A stretch of DNA of 64,000 nt from a virus (lineage: Duplodnaviria; Heunggongvirae; Uroviricota; Caudoviricetes): IMG/VR virus record IMGVR_UViG_3300010282_000006, positions 10,315-74,314 of that record, one strand, 5' to 3'. Under the pieces are notes generated by a model that was not told the DNA's origin, did not search any database, and saw only the letters and a program-made list of their open reading frames with translations. A program made the translations under genes and the position numbers. Shown one piece after another: positions 18,427-26,856 of this stretch (position 1 is the stretch's first letter; the number at the start of each line of letters is the position of its first letter).

Positions 18427-18959
18427 GACCGAAGGATTTCCTCTGTCAATACATCTGTGTCCTTTGTTGCTTCATAGAGCTTTTCTAAGTCGAACTCTTC
18501 TTCCTGAAACTTGAACTGAATCCATTTTGGCTCATGCTCGCGCCAGTCAAGCCACGATGCAGGATTTTCAATGCCAAGAACATCCTTGACCATTTGCAAA
18601 ATGCGTTCTCCTGCTTTTTTGGATTTTACGAACCCGCTTAGATCGTAGCCAATACCGCGAGGACGCCAAAATTCGCCACCGCCGTCAGGTCTCGGATCAG
18701 GCCACTCATACGGATGCCACGGCGTACCCTTTCGCGGATGCTCTTGAACTTTGGGATAATAGAAACCTCCGTTCCCATCATCAAATCCGATGTTGGATTG
18801 TATTACCCCGTCATCAAAAAATATCTGCTTTTGTCCACATTCTTCACATGTCCCGAAACCACCGATACCGAATCCTTGAAGAACGATGTCGCAACCGCAA
18901 TTAGCACACCCGTACTTCAAAAAATCGTGGTATCGGATTGCAATAACCTTGTTTTTCAT
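18405..18959 (-). CDS. hypothetical zinc-ribbon protein
   Basis: 184 aa with CANCGC...CEECG. Confidence 0.4.
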   Translation of the reverse strand: MKNKVIAIRYHDFLKYGCANCGCDIVLQGFGIGGFGTCEECGQKQIFFDDGVIQSNIGFDDGNGGFYYPKVQEHPRKGTPWHPYEWPDPRPDGGGEFWRPRGIGYDLSGFVKSKKAGERILQMVKDVLGIENPASWLDWREHEPKWIQFKFQEEEFDLEKLYEATKDTDVLTEEILRSCALKER

Positions 18960-18984
18960 GACGCAAACTCCTCATTTTCAATCG

Positions 18985-19489
18985 TTACAGCTTTCGCTCT
19001 ACTGTGACGATCGTGTCGTTCTTACTTCCGCCATGCGGAACCAGCAGCACTTCGAGCATTTCAAAACCGCGTGTCTTTCCGACGCCGTTGCTGTTCCAGC
19101 CGAAGCAAATAGCGATTCCACCCGGTTTTGTGATGCGCCGAATCTCATCCAAATGCTTCGCCCGCCATGATGACTGCGTGGTTTCCTGCGTTACCTCGTA
19201 TCCGAAGCCCTTGTAGCACTCTGCTACCTGACGTAATGAATACGGCGGGTCGTACAGAACGCAGTCAACGGTGCCGTTGCCAAACATCTTCAAAAAGTCC
19301 AGCGCGTCCATGTGATACATGCTGTCGCAGTCCGGATTGATGTCGTTTGTTACCGTTGCGATTTTCGCGTTGTTCGCAAACGGATCAACGACCACCCCCC
19401 CCCTCGACGTACCGGCCAAGAAGCTCGCGGATGGGCTTGATCGAGAAGGTGTATCGGTTTGGCATTGACCAAACTCTACTGAATTTCAT
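18985..19489 (-). CDS. small DPPY-type DNA methyltransferase; the authentic RBS+ATG (19489) is out of frame with the methyltransferase body across a G9 tract (currently OFF)
   Basis: body (ORF 18985..19419, TTG start, no RBS) has CVLYDPPYS; upstream AAGGAGA-N6-ATG encodes MKFSRVWSMPNRYTFSIKPIRELLGRYVE then hits the tract; G8 or G11 restores the frame. Confidence 0.6.
19395..19403 (-). repeat. G9 homopolymer (coding strand) between the ATG and the catalytic body of the small DPPY methyltransferase
   Basis: counted in sequence. Confidence 0.9.
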
Positions 19490-19507
19490 TTGTGATCTCC
19501 TTGTGAT

Positions 19508-20350
19508 TCAAAATGAACACTCGCACGGTAGGTTGTCGTCGTCTTGAATCAACCGCCGCGCGGTCGCCCAAAATTTCTGAGGCGTTGTCTTTTCCGTGGG
19601 ACAAAGCGCCTTTTCTTTGAGCTTTGCAAATTCTTTCTCAAACTCACGAAGATACCCCTGCTTCAAAATGCTAAATCCGATCTGGTCTTCCGCCCATTTC
19701 GCCTTCTCCCAAACGTCAGGCCGCAGACAATAGACAATGAACCAATGCTGCTTTCCAGCTTTGAGACAGCCGATGCAGTTTGCGTGGTTGAATGTCGCGT
19801 AGGTGCTCGGTCTGCGGATTCCGACATCTTCGATTGCGTGGATCGTCCGAGCCTCCCATGTCAGCGGATACTCGGTCAGGTATCCCATTGCCGCCATGAT
19901 GCCCTTGCGCCGCGTGATACGGTTTTGCTCCGTGGCGTCAAATCCATAGACGACGGACACATCCTGCCGGATGCTCTGCGGCGACGTCGGATAGTTCTTG
20001 GACAGCCATTTTGTGAACGGCTTGGTTTTCAACGTCTCCGTGCAAAGCGCCTGCGATTGAACGCCGTATTTGAACGCTTTTCGCTCTACACAGACGTCAA
20101 ACTGGTCTTTTTCCAACCATCCCTGCATATTTGCGTATGTTATCGGTATGCCGAGATAATCGGCGACCTCTTTTTTGAAGCGTTTAATATCTTCGTGTTC
20201 CGTGCGCGGGCAAAGATCGTGGTTTAATAGGATCGTTTTGCCAGCGCCATAGCGCCTGACGGTCTCCACGGCGGCAAGCGCCGAGGAGTGACCGCCGGAA
20301 AAACAAACGATGTGAGTCATACCGACCACAACCATCACGGTTGAGGTCAA
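19508..20350 (-). CDS. PAPS reductase / DndC-like PP-loop ATP pyrophosphatase family protein
   Basis: 280 aa; PP-loop CFSGGHSS; C-terminal cysteine cluster. Confidence 0.65.
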   Translation of the reverse strand: MTSTVMVVVGMTHIVCFSGGHSSALAAVETVRRYGAGKTILLNHDLCPRTEHEDIKRFKKEVADYLGIPITYANMQGWLEKDQFDVCVERKAFKYGVQSQALCTETLKTKPFTKWLSKNYPTSPQSIRQDVSVVYGFDATEQNRITRRKGIMAAMGYLTEYPLTWEARTIHAIEDVGIRRPSTYATFNHANCIGCLKAGKQHWFIVYCLRPDVWEKAKWAEDQIGFSILKQGYLREFEKEFAKLKEKALCPTEKTTPQKFWATARRLIQDDDNLPCECSF

Positions 20351-20456
20351 CCGTCTAATCCTCCTAAGCTACTTGCCATGCGGCTTTCACGCTGTAACAG
20401 ACGGCTTTACCCTGTGCTTATCAATCTCGCAGGAACCCGGCTTACCGGGATTGGTA

Positions 20457-20627
20457 TTAGCTCCTTTCCCTCTTTCTCGCCGCGTTGATCTGGCGGCTCT
20501 TTTTCGCCATCTTACGGCGGATCTTGCGCTTGGCGGCGTAGTTCTTGGGCTTCTTCCAGCCCTTCGCGTGGCGGCCAAACGTATAGCCGTGGAGTCTGAT
20601 CGTGGAATGAGCATTGGAAACCGGCAT
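20457..20627 (-). CDS. small highly basic protein (start trimmed to RBS-preceded ATG)
   Basis: 56 aa, Lys/Arg-rich; preceded by conserved upstream motif 1. Confidence 0.4.
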   Translation of the reverse strand: MPVSNAHSTIRLHGYTFGRHAKGWKKPKNYAAKRKIRRKMAKKSRQINAARKRERS

Positions 20628-20671
20628 GTGAGAATCCTCCTTATAGATTATTGTCGCGCATAGCACGAATA

Positions 20672-20893
20672 TTAGTCGTCTCTCTTTCTTGACGACGTGC
20701 TTCCCTTGAAAAGTATCTGGCTCAACAGCGAAACGCCGAAAGCCTGCCAGTAGGTAAGTGTTGTCAGCCCGAAAATGTCAGGCATGATTGCGTTCCATAG
20801 TAGCTTGACCAGAAAAGCACGGATCGGCATACCAACCACAATGAGCGCAACAGCCAGAAAGATTGACATGGCAAGTTGATCACCGTCTTTCAT
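20672..20893 (-). CDS. small membrane protein
   Basis: 73 aa, two hydrophobic segments. Confidence 0.35.
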   Translation of the reverse strand: MKDGDQLAMSIFLAVALIVVGMPIRAFLVKLLWNAIMPDIFGLTTLTYWQAFGVSLLSQILFKGSTSSRKRDD

Positions 20894-20902
20894 AAGCCCT
20901 CC

Positions 20903-21847
20903 TTAATGCGCGTTCCGGTCGCAGTTGTTCATCACCATGATGCGCTCCCAAGTCTGCTCGCCAAGCAAGCCCTTAAACTTTGCCTCTGTCTTCGGCGGAT
21001 GATTGGATTTTTTCACCACGAACGGAGCCATGTGCCAGCGAATCAGCAGCGCGACTCCAGTCGCCTCATCATCGCTCAGGTCGCCGGTGTAGCGAAAGCT
21101 CTCGTAAGCGCCGACACGCTCATGGTTGTAGTAGTGAGCCGTTTTGCACGGATTTCCTTTGGAATCAACAAACGACTTGGTGCGCTCCTTGCCAAAGTCG
21201 TGCAGCAGCATGGCGCGGAGAAGAACGTCGTCCGTATTGGGATAGTGCTCACGCATATAGCTCCAAGCCGCCATACAGTGCTGCCCGATGGTCAGCGTGT
21301 GGTGCGGATTGTCATGCGCAATCTGAGAGAGAAACCGCAGCTTGTCGTCGATACAGCCGGAAACAAACGTCGGCGCGTTACAGACCTCAATCTTATCCCA
21401 GCCCTCCGCGTACATCGGCACGTCAAACTTGCGGTACATCTGCGAGATTACATCATTCGGAACAACACGATTGCGATTCTCGTTATATCGCAGACACGCT
21501 TCAATCGGCGTCGCCATGAATACGCAAACCGTTCGCAAATCGGGGATGTGCAGTCCGCGCAGACTGTGGAGAAACGCGCGGCGGTGCTTATAGTGGATGT
21601 TGGTCGCGTCGTAAACAACGCTGTTGCCGCCGCGCAGATCATCAAAAATGCGCTGATGCAATGTCTTGAAGACAAGATCCTGCTGCGTCTGATCGTTCGC
21701 ATCACCCAAAAGCTCAGCACGAATTGCGTCGCTGGAGTGGACGACGACCTTTTCGGCAAACGGAAGCGCCTTAGATAGCTCCTTTGCCTTTGTGGTCTTG
21801 CCGCTGCCGGGAAGACCAACCATCATATAGAAGATTTGCGCCATCAC
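20903..21847 (-). CDS. P-loop polynucleotide kinase fused to HD-domain phosphohydrolase
   Basis: 314 aa; Walker A GLPGSGKTT at N-terminus; HD motif LLHDFGK in C-terminal half. Confidence 0.65.
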   Translation of the reverse strand: MMAQIFYMMVGLPGSGKTTKAKELSKALPFAEKVVVHSSDAIRAELLGDANDQTQQDLVFKTLHQRIFDDLRGGNSVVYDATNIHYKHRRAFLHSLRGLHIPDLRTVCVFMATPIEACLRYNENRNRVVPNDVISQMYRKFDVPMYAEGWDKIEVCNAPTFVSGCIDDKLRFLSQIAHDNPHHTLTIGQHCMAAWSYMREHYPNTDDVLLRAMLLHDFGKERTKSFVDSKGNPCKTAHYYNHERVGAYESFRYTGDLSDDEATGVALLIRWHMAPFVVKKSNHPPKTEAKFKGLLGEQTWERIMVMNNCDRNAH

Positions 21848-22335
21848 TCAGCCCTCTTGCCGTCGCCGCTCTGCCGATTGTCGATGCAATAACAAATGTA
21901 AACGGGAGGATACTTGAGACCGAGCATTTTGGCGACAAGATATGCGGAGTAGCCGTCGATCAGCTCATGCTCACAGTTGATAGCAACCGTGGTGAAGAAC
22001 GCGCGGCGCTTTCTGTACTCGTCAAGTCGTTTGGCGATCTTTTCAGTCGCCGGAATCGACTTTGCGATGTAATCGGGAATCTCAATCTCGTCCATCGGAA
22101 TGCTGACGAGCACGCTGTCGATTTCCGCAAGAGGGAAGTGTGCGCAGTGCAGCTTCGCGACGTCCTCCGCGCCATCGCCGGTGATTACACCGGTCATGGC
22201 AATACCATCCTTCATACCGCGCGCCGTGTTGCAGATTACTTTGCTGCCGCGCCTGACGCTGGTGGCAAGATGATCGGGAACGGAAAAGCAGTAGAGCTTC
22301 GCGCTGTCGGGATGCTTGACGAGAATGATGTTCAT
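21844..22335 (-). CDS. hypothetical protein
   Basis: 163 aa. Confidence 0.35.
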   Translation of the reverse strand: MNIILVKHPDSAKLYCFSVPDHLATSVRRGSKVICNTARGMKDGIAMTGVITGDGAEDVAKLHCAHFPLAEIDSVLVSIPMDEIEIPDYIAKSIPATEKIAKRLDEYRKRRAFFTTVAINCEHELIDGYSAYLVAKMLGLKYPPVYICYCIDNRQSGDGKRAE

Positions 22336-23159
22336 GTCGTTTTCTCCTTATCGTATTGAATTTCGCTGAGGAAGTTCTTCCTGAACAGCTCCACCAGAGC
22401 CGTATTGAGGATTTCGTCAACGCCTCTGTCAATCGTCGGCTGATTGGCGAGCATATAGGCATCTTTGATGTTCTTCATGTAGGACACAGCGTTGTTGCAG
22501 CCGTCGATTGCAGATTTGAGATCGCCATACTCGTACTTCTTGATCGCAAGAAGCAGGTCGCGCTGCTTTGGAATCAGACAGTCGACATACGGCTCTCCGT
22601 CCATCCATCTAAGCATGAAATCCTGCATCCGAAGGACGTGATGCCACTGCTTGCTGTCGTACCCGAACCTTTCAATCTTCCACGCCGTTGTCGGATACGG
22701 ATGACAAAGCGCCTTTTGTTTTTCAAGCGCCATACCGACCATGCAGTTGAGCGCGGCGAAGTCGTTATAGCGACCGATCCGTTCACGAGCGTCGATGACA
22801 GGCTGAAACAGCACCGCGTACTTCGGATTGAGGATTCTGTACGGAGTGAACAGGATTTCGACAAAGTTGATGTTCTGCTTGCGGAAGCAGTCAAACATCA
22901 GCCGAATATCCTTGACATCGACATGCTCGTCGTTCTCCATAACGTGCGTATAGCTGACCGGTTTGCGGTTGAGCACAAAGTCCTCGAACGTCGGCAAGAC
23001 AATGAGTTTGGTGTCGATGTCGCTGCCTTCATAGTCCAGCTCGTAGTTCTGCGAGCCTTGCAGGAAGATTCCAACCCATTCGGGATGCCTATACTTCACG
23101 GCATCCAAATGCTCAGACAGCCGGCGCATGATGTTTGCATAGCGTTCATCTTGCGTCAT
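22332..23159 (-). CDS. nucleotidyltransferase-fold protein (Pol beta superfamily GS..DxD motif)
   Basis: 275 aa; GSQNYELDYEGSDIDTKLIV. Confidence 0.5.
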   Translation of the reverse strand: MTQDERYANIMRRLSEHLDAVKYRHPEWVGIFLQGSQNYELDYEGSDIDTKLIVLPTFEDFVLNRKPVSYTHVMENDEHVDVKDIRLMFDCFRKQNINFVEILFTPYRILNPKYAVLFQPVIDARERIGRYNDFAALNCMVGMALEKQKALCHPYPTTAWKIERFGYDSKQWHHVLRMQDFMLRWMDGEPYVDCLIPKQRDLLLAIKKYEYGDLKSAIDGCNNAVSYMKNIKDAYMLANQPTIDRGVDEILNTALVELFRKNFLSEIQYDKEKTT

Positions 23160-23586
23160 GCAAGAATGTCACCTCTTTCTTTTCTCCGTACTGCGTGAGC
23201 AGCTTCATCACCTTTAGGCTGTCACACAGAATGATGTGATCTTTGATGATCTCCAAATCCGTCTTTGACGGTTTGAAATGCTGGCGACACAGCTCCGTGA
23301 CGTTCTCGATGCAGATTTGCACATTGTCCGCCTGAATCTCCATGCCGTAAACCGACTCGATCGCCGTTGTAAAATCCGTGCGTTTTTTGCAACGGGCAAA
23401 TTTGCGGCGCAGGATCTCCAGAATGAAGACGCCCTCACCGCAGGACGGTTCCAGAAACGTTGCGTCCGGAGCAAATGCGTCTGGATTCTCGCGCTCCAGC
23501 GCATCGCACATATCGCTGACCACCCACTGCGGCGTGAAGACTTCACCGTACTTCTGGATGCGTTCTTTCTTTTCCACCGTCACCAT
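23146..23586 (-). CDS. SAM-dependent methyltransferase-like N-terminal domain (gamma-class motifs X FTPxxV and I EPSCGEG) lacking the (N/D)PP(Y/F) catalytic motif
   Basis: 146 aa; YGEVFTPQWV and FLEPSCGEGVFI; overlaps next gene by 14 nt. Confidence 0.45.
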   Translation of the reverse strand: MVTVEKKERIQKYGEVFTPQWVVSDMCDALERENPDAFAPDATFLEPSCGEGVFILEILRRKFARCKKRTDFTTAIESVYGMEIQADNVQICIENVTELCRQHFKPSKTDLEIIKDHIILCDSLKVMKLLTQYGEKKEVTFLHDAR

Positions 23587-24152
23587 TACAAAGCACCGCC
23601 TTTACTGACAGAAACCATACAGGAGTCAATGAATGCGTGGCGACCGCCGTACTTTGCGGCGTTGACCTGCTGTGCTTTTGCAAGGCGGCTCATAGACGTA
23701 TTGTAGTGTTCATCGCAGACCTTGAAGCGCGTTCCGTAGGTTGTGAATCCTTCTTTCACCGGCTTTCCGCAGAAGAAACACAGCCCATATTGCATACGAC
23801 GCTGCGCATCGCCGGCGGAATAGCCGCGTTTCTTTTCGGCCTCAGCACGCTTGTGATTGCGGAAATATGCTCTGTGCTTGTCGCACATGGCATACGGCGA
23901 GCCTTTCGGCAGAGGTTTTCCGCAGCGAACGCACACATGATCGGCTCGTGATTTGGCGCGCTCTTCTTTTCTGCGCTTCTGACGATCGCTCTCCCCGCCG
24001 TTGTCGCGGTATTTCTGATTGTACGCTCTAAAACGTTCTGCGCACTCGAAGCAATACGATCGCCCGTTGAGCGTATATGCGTCCTGCTTATGGCAGTTTA
24101 CGCAGCGATGGAGAGCCTTGTAGTAGCGGTAGTTTTCCGTACTGCTGCTCAT
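23586..24152 (-). CDS. Cys-rich zinc-finger protein
   Basis: 188 aa with multiple CxxC pairs. Confidence 0.4.
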   Translation of the reverse strand: MSSSTENYRYYKALHRCVNCHKQDAYTLNGRSYCFECAERFRAYNQKYRDNGGESDRQKRRKEERAKSRADHVCVRCGKPLPKGSPYAMCDKHRAYFRNHKRAEAEKKRGYSAGDAQRRMQYGLCFFCGKPVKEGFTTYGTRFKVCDEHYNTSMSRLAKAQQVNAAKYGGRHAFIDSCMVSVSKGGAL

Positions 24153-25597
24153 CCCGCCATCGCGTCTTCCGCCGCCAGCTCTTCCGCCTCTTCCATATCA
24201 GGGGCGGCCGCCGTTTCCTTGATGAGACCTTCGAGAACCTTGAAGGAGAAGTTCTTAATCTTGTACGCCGCGAACTTCGGCCGATCCACGATGCGGACGA
24301 CCACACCCTCACGAACATGCGTCTTTCCGACCGGATCAACGCCGTCGTAGAACAGCTCCGCCATCGCCTTGACATACTCACCGGCGGAACTGAGGTGCAG
24401 CAGGTTGCCGTCCCCATCCATGAACGAATATCCACCATTGGCGTCCGGCTCCGGAATGATGAAGCGCTTGAACATCTGCACGCACTTGACGCCCATTTGC
24501 TTGCAACGATAGCGAACAAAGTCGGGCGGATACTCCACCACATCGCCGTCCTCGTTCGTCATGGTCATACGGTAGACGAACAGATCGGACTGCGGCACAG
24601 ACATATCAATGGAAAACGCGCCGTGATCGTCAGATCCGTGCATGAGCTTCTTGCCAGTCGGGGCGCATCCATAGGAGAAAACAGTTCTCGCACCGTACTG
24701 GCTGGAAAAAGTCTTGTCGCCGTTGGCGTTGTCGACCTTCTTGTTGTCCACGCTTGCCATGATCGGCGTGCCGTCCATCGTGAAGCCAACGACCTCGTAA
24801 TAGACCGTCTCTCCCTTGAACAGCTTTCCCTCAAACGCCTTGCTGTGCTCCTCGCGGAAGGTGTTGTTGCCGTACCAACCGCCCTCGTAGCTTTCGAGAA
24901 CCGTGCGGCGCGTGCCGGAAACGTATCCCCAATCGTAGACGGGGGTTCCGTCGCGTCGCAGGAGCTTGTCAAGCAGCGTGCGCTTGAAGCCCTTGAAAAC
25001 AGGGAGATAGCCGGTGCGCTGGCTCGTTCCGTGCATTTTGAGAGTGATCTCAATGAGATCGCCGGGGTAGAACGCCGAAAGGTTGTAAGCAAGCTGTTCC
25101 GTGTCGGCGTGCTCGGCAAAGAGCGGAGCAATCGGCGCGCGCTTCTTGCGAGTACGATTGCCGCCTCTTCCTGTGTTATGACCGGAACGGTTGGCGCGGG
25201 GGATGTACTTCTCGCAGATGGTCACGCCGTTCAGCATGGTGATCCGGTCGCCCTCCTTGAGCTTCGAGACATCCGTGAAGCTCGACAGGCTGGAAAGCGG
25301 CATGAACAGACCGTCGCTCTTTTCTCCGCGCAGCTTGAGCGCCTTGATGTTGCGCTTTTCGGGATCGAGATAGCCGCCTGCAGGCTTTCCGTTCTCGTCC
25401 TTGCGGCGAAGAAGGTCGTTCTTGACGGCGTATTCCATGCCGAGCTTTCCATCGACAGGGAAATACACGCCGAGGGCGTTCGGCTCCGTTTTCAGATCGA
25501 CGATCACTGTGTTGCCAAAGCACTCGCCACACAGCAGACGATCCGCATTGCTGTGCTTTCGCAGGTTTTCGATGCGCGTGATGTAACCGCAGTACAT
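24149..25597 (-). CDS. putative ATP-dependent RNA ligase (Rnl5/DraRnl-like: N-terminal Myf-type OB domain plus nucleotidyltransferase domain with KxHG motif)
   Basis: 482 aa; HSNADRLLCGECFG (tRNA-binding OB-like), ITLKMHGTS (ligase motif I variant). Confidence 0.55.
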   Translation of the reverse strand: MYCGYITRIENLRKHSNADRLLCGECFGNTVIVDLKTEPNALGVYFPVDGKLGMEYAVKNDLLRRKDENGKPAGGYLDPEKRNIKALKLRGEKSDGLFMPLSSLSSFTDVSKLKEGDRITMLNGVTICEKYIPRANRSGHNTGRGGNRTRKKRAPIAPLFAEHADTEQLAYNLSAFYPGDLIEITLKMHGTSQRTGYLPVFKGFKRTLLDKLLRRDGTPVYDWGYVSGTRRTVLESYEGGWYGNNTFREEHSKAFEGKLFKGETVYYEVVGFTMDGTPIMASVDNKKVDNANGDKTFSSQYGARTVFSYGCAPTGKKLMHGSDDHGAFSIDMSVPQSDLFVYRMTMTNEDGDVVEYPPDFVRYRCKQMGVKCVQMFKRFIIPEPDANGGYSFMDGDGNLLHLSSAGEYVKAMAELFYDGVDPVGKTHVREGVVVRIVDRPKFAAYKIKNFSFKVLEGLIKETAAAPDMEEAEELAAEDAMAG

Positions 25598-25639
25598 TTC
25601 TTCAACTCCTCATAAATAAATTATTGTCGCGCTAATAGA

Positions 25640-25673
25640 AGCGGTAGAAAGCACCGTTAAGCACCTTCTACCG
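25640..25673 (-). terminator. stem-loop (9-bp stem GCGGTAGAA/TTCTACCGC) between cysteine desulfurase and RNA ligase genes, flanked by two copies of upstream motif 1
   Basis: inverted repeat read from sequence. Confidence 0.4.
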
Positions 25674-25701
25674 CATATTATAGATTATTGTCGTGCAAAA
25701 G

Positions 25702-26856
25702 TCAAGACATTTTTGAAAGTCTTTGTGAGATTTCCGCAATCTTATATGCTGCGTCGACCACATCCGTTCCATCGTTGGTCTCGCCAAAAGATATACGGAC
25801 TGTGCAGGCAGCTTCTTCATCCGGCATACCAATCGCACGCAACACATGGGAGACGCCATTGCCGGATGAACAGGCCGCGCCTGCGGAGATGCAGACGCCA
25901 TCCATATCGAGCGCCATCAAAAGCGCCTCGCTGTGGACGCCGAAGATCGTCAGACTGACGATGTTGTCAATGTGCGGCGCGTTGTCGCAGTTGACACGAA
26001 ACCGACCAGCGCCGAGCTTATGCGCAAGACTGCTCAGAAATACATTACGAAGCGCCATGTATTGTGTCATACGATCAATCAGACTTTTCGTGATGATTTC
26101 CGCCGCTTTTCCAAGCCCTACAATACCGGGTACATTCTGTGTCCCGCCGCGTAATCCACGCTCCTGACCGCCTCCGAAAATCAGAGGTTTCTTGTGTATT
26201 TTACTGCTGATATAGAGGAATCCAGTGCCTTGCGGCGCACCGAACTTGTGACCGGACGCGGACAGCATATCAATGTGACACTTTTTGACGTCAATCGGCG
26301 TATGGCCAACTGCGGCTACCGCGTCCGTGTGGAGCGGAATGTCATACTTTTTGCAAACAGTTCCGATTTCCTCCATCGGATTGATTGATCCAAGCTCGTT
26401 GTTCGCCCACATGATAGATACCGCACCGATCCGATCCTTTATGCTTGCCGAATTGTTGCGAATCTCAAAATCGAGCCACTTCGGATCGACACGGCAATCA
26501 TTGCCGACGTCCAGAGCGATAGAAGGGACGCCGAGCGCTCCACGGTCATAATGCGCCAGAGGTTCGGATACGGAGTGATGCTCCGCCTTTGTGGTGATGA
26601 TCGTTCCACGGTCGATGCAACGAAGCCAAGCGTTGTTGGACTCCGTGCCGCCGGACGTGAAATAGATTTCCGATGCGTCCGCGTTTATCATGGCGGCGAC
26701 CTGCTCTCTCGCTCGTTCGATTGCCTGATGCGCCGCAACGCCCTGTGCGTGCAGGCTGGACGGATTGCCGACGCTGCCGTCGCCAAACCACGGAAGCATG
26801 GCCTCCAGAACTTCGGGACTCACCGGCGTGGTTGCCGCGTGGTCAAGATAAATCAT
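25702..26856 (-). CDS. cysteine desulfurase (NifS/IscS family); start trimmed to MIYLDHAATTP
   Basis: PLP-dependent class V aminotransferase signature (SGHKF, active-site Cys in SAGAACSSG loop). Confidence 0.85.
   Translation of the reverse strand: MIYLDHAATTPVSPEVLEAMLPWFGDGSVGNPSSLHAQGVAAHQAIERAREQVAAMINADASEIYFTSGGTESNNAWLRCIDRGTIITTKAEHHSVSEPLAHYDRGALGVPSIALDVGNDCRVDPKWLDFEIRNNSASIKDRIGAVSIMWANNELGSINPMEEIGTVCKKYDIPLHTDAVAAVGHTPIDVKKCHIDMLSASGHKFGAPQGTGFLYISSKIHKKPLIFGGGQERGLRGGTQNVPGIVGLGKAAEIITKSLIDRMTQYMALRNVFLSSLAHKLGAGRFRVNCDNAPHIDNIVSLTIFGVHSEALLMALDMDGVCISAGAACSSGNGVSHVLRAIGMPDEEAACTVRISFGETNDGTDVVDAAYKIAEISQRLSKMS

Noticed and set aside
16502-19419. Taking the ORF-track starts at face value for 16502..17203, 18985..19419 and 34030..34500
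   Set aside because: These begin with TTG/GTG (translated as M by the ORF caller) and lack an RBS, so they were treated as frame-shifted or weak starts rather than confident gene starts.
20457-20627. Ribosomal protein (bL34/bS21-like) identity for the small basic protein
   Set aside because: It shows only compositional similarity, and the signature motifs (HGFRxRM of L34, bS21 N-terminus) are not present.
22332-23159. CBASS-type cGAS/DncV-like cyclase
   Set aside because: The GS..DxD motif is generic to the Pol-beta fold, and no effector or adjacent E1/E2/JAB or Cap genes are present.
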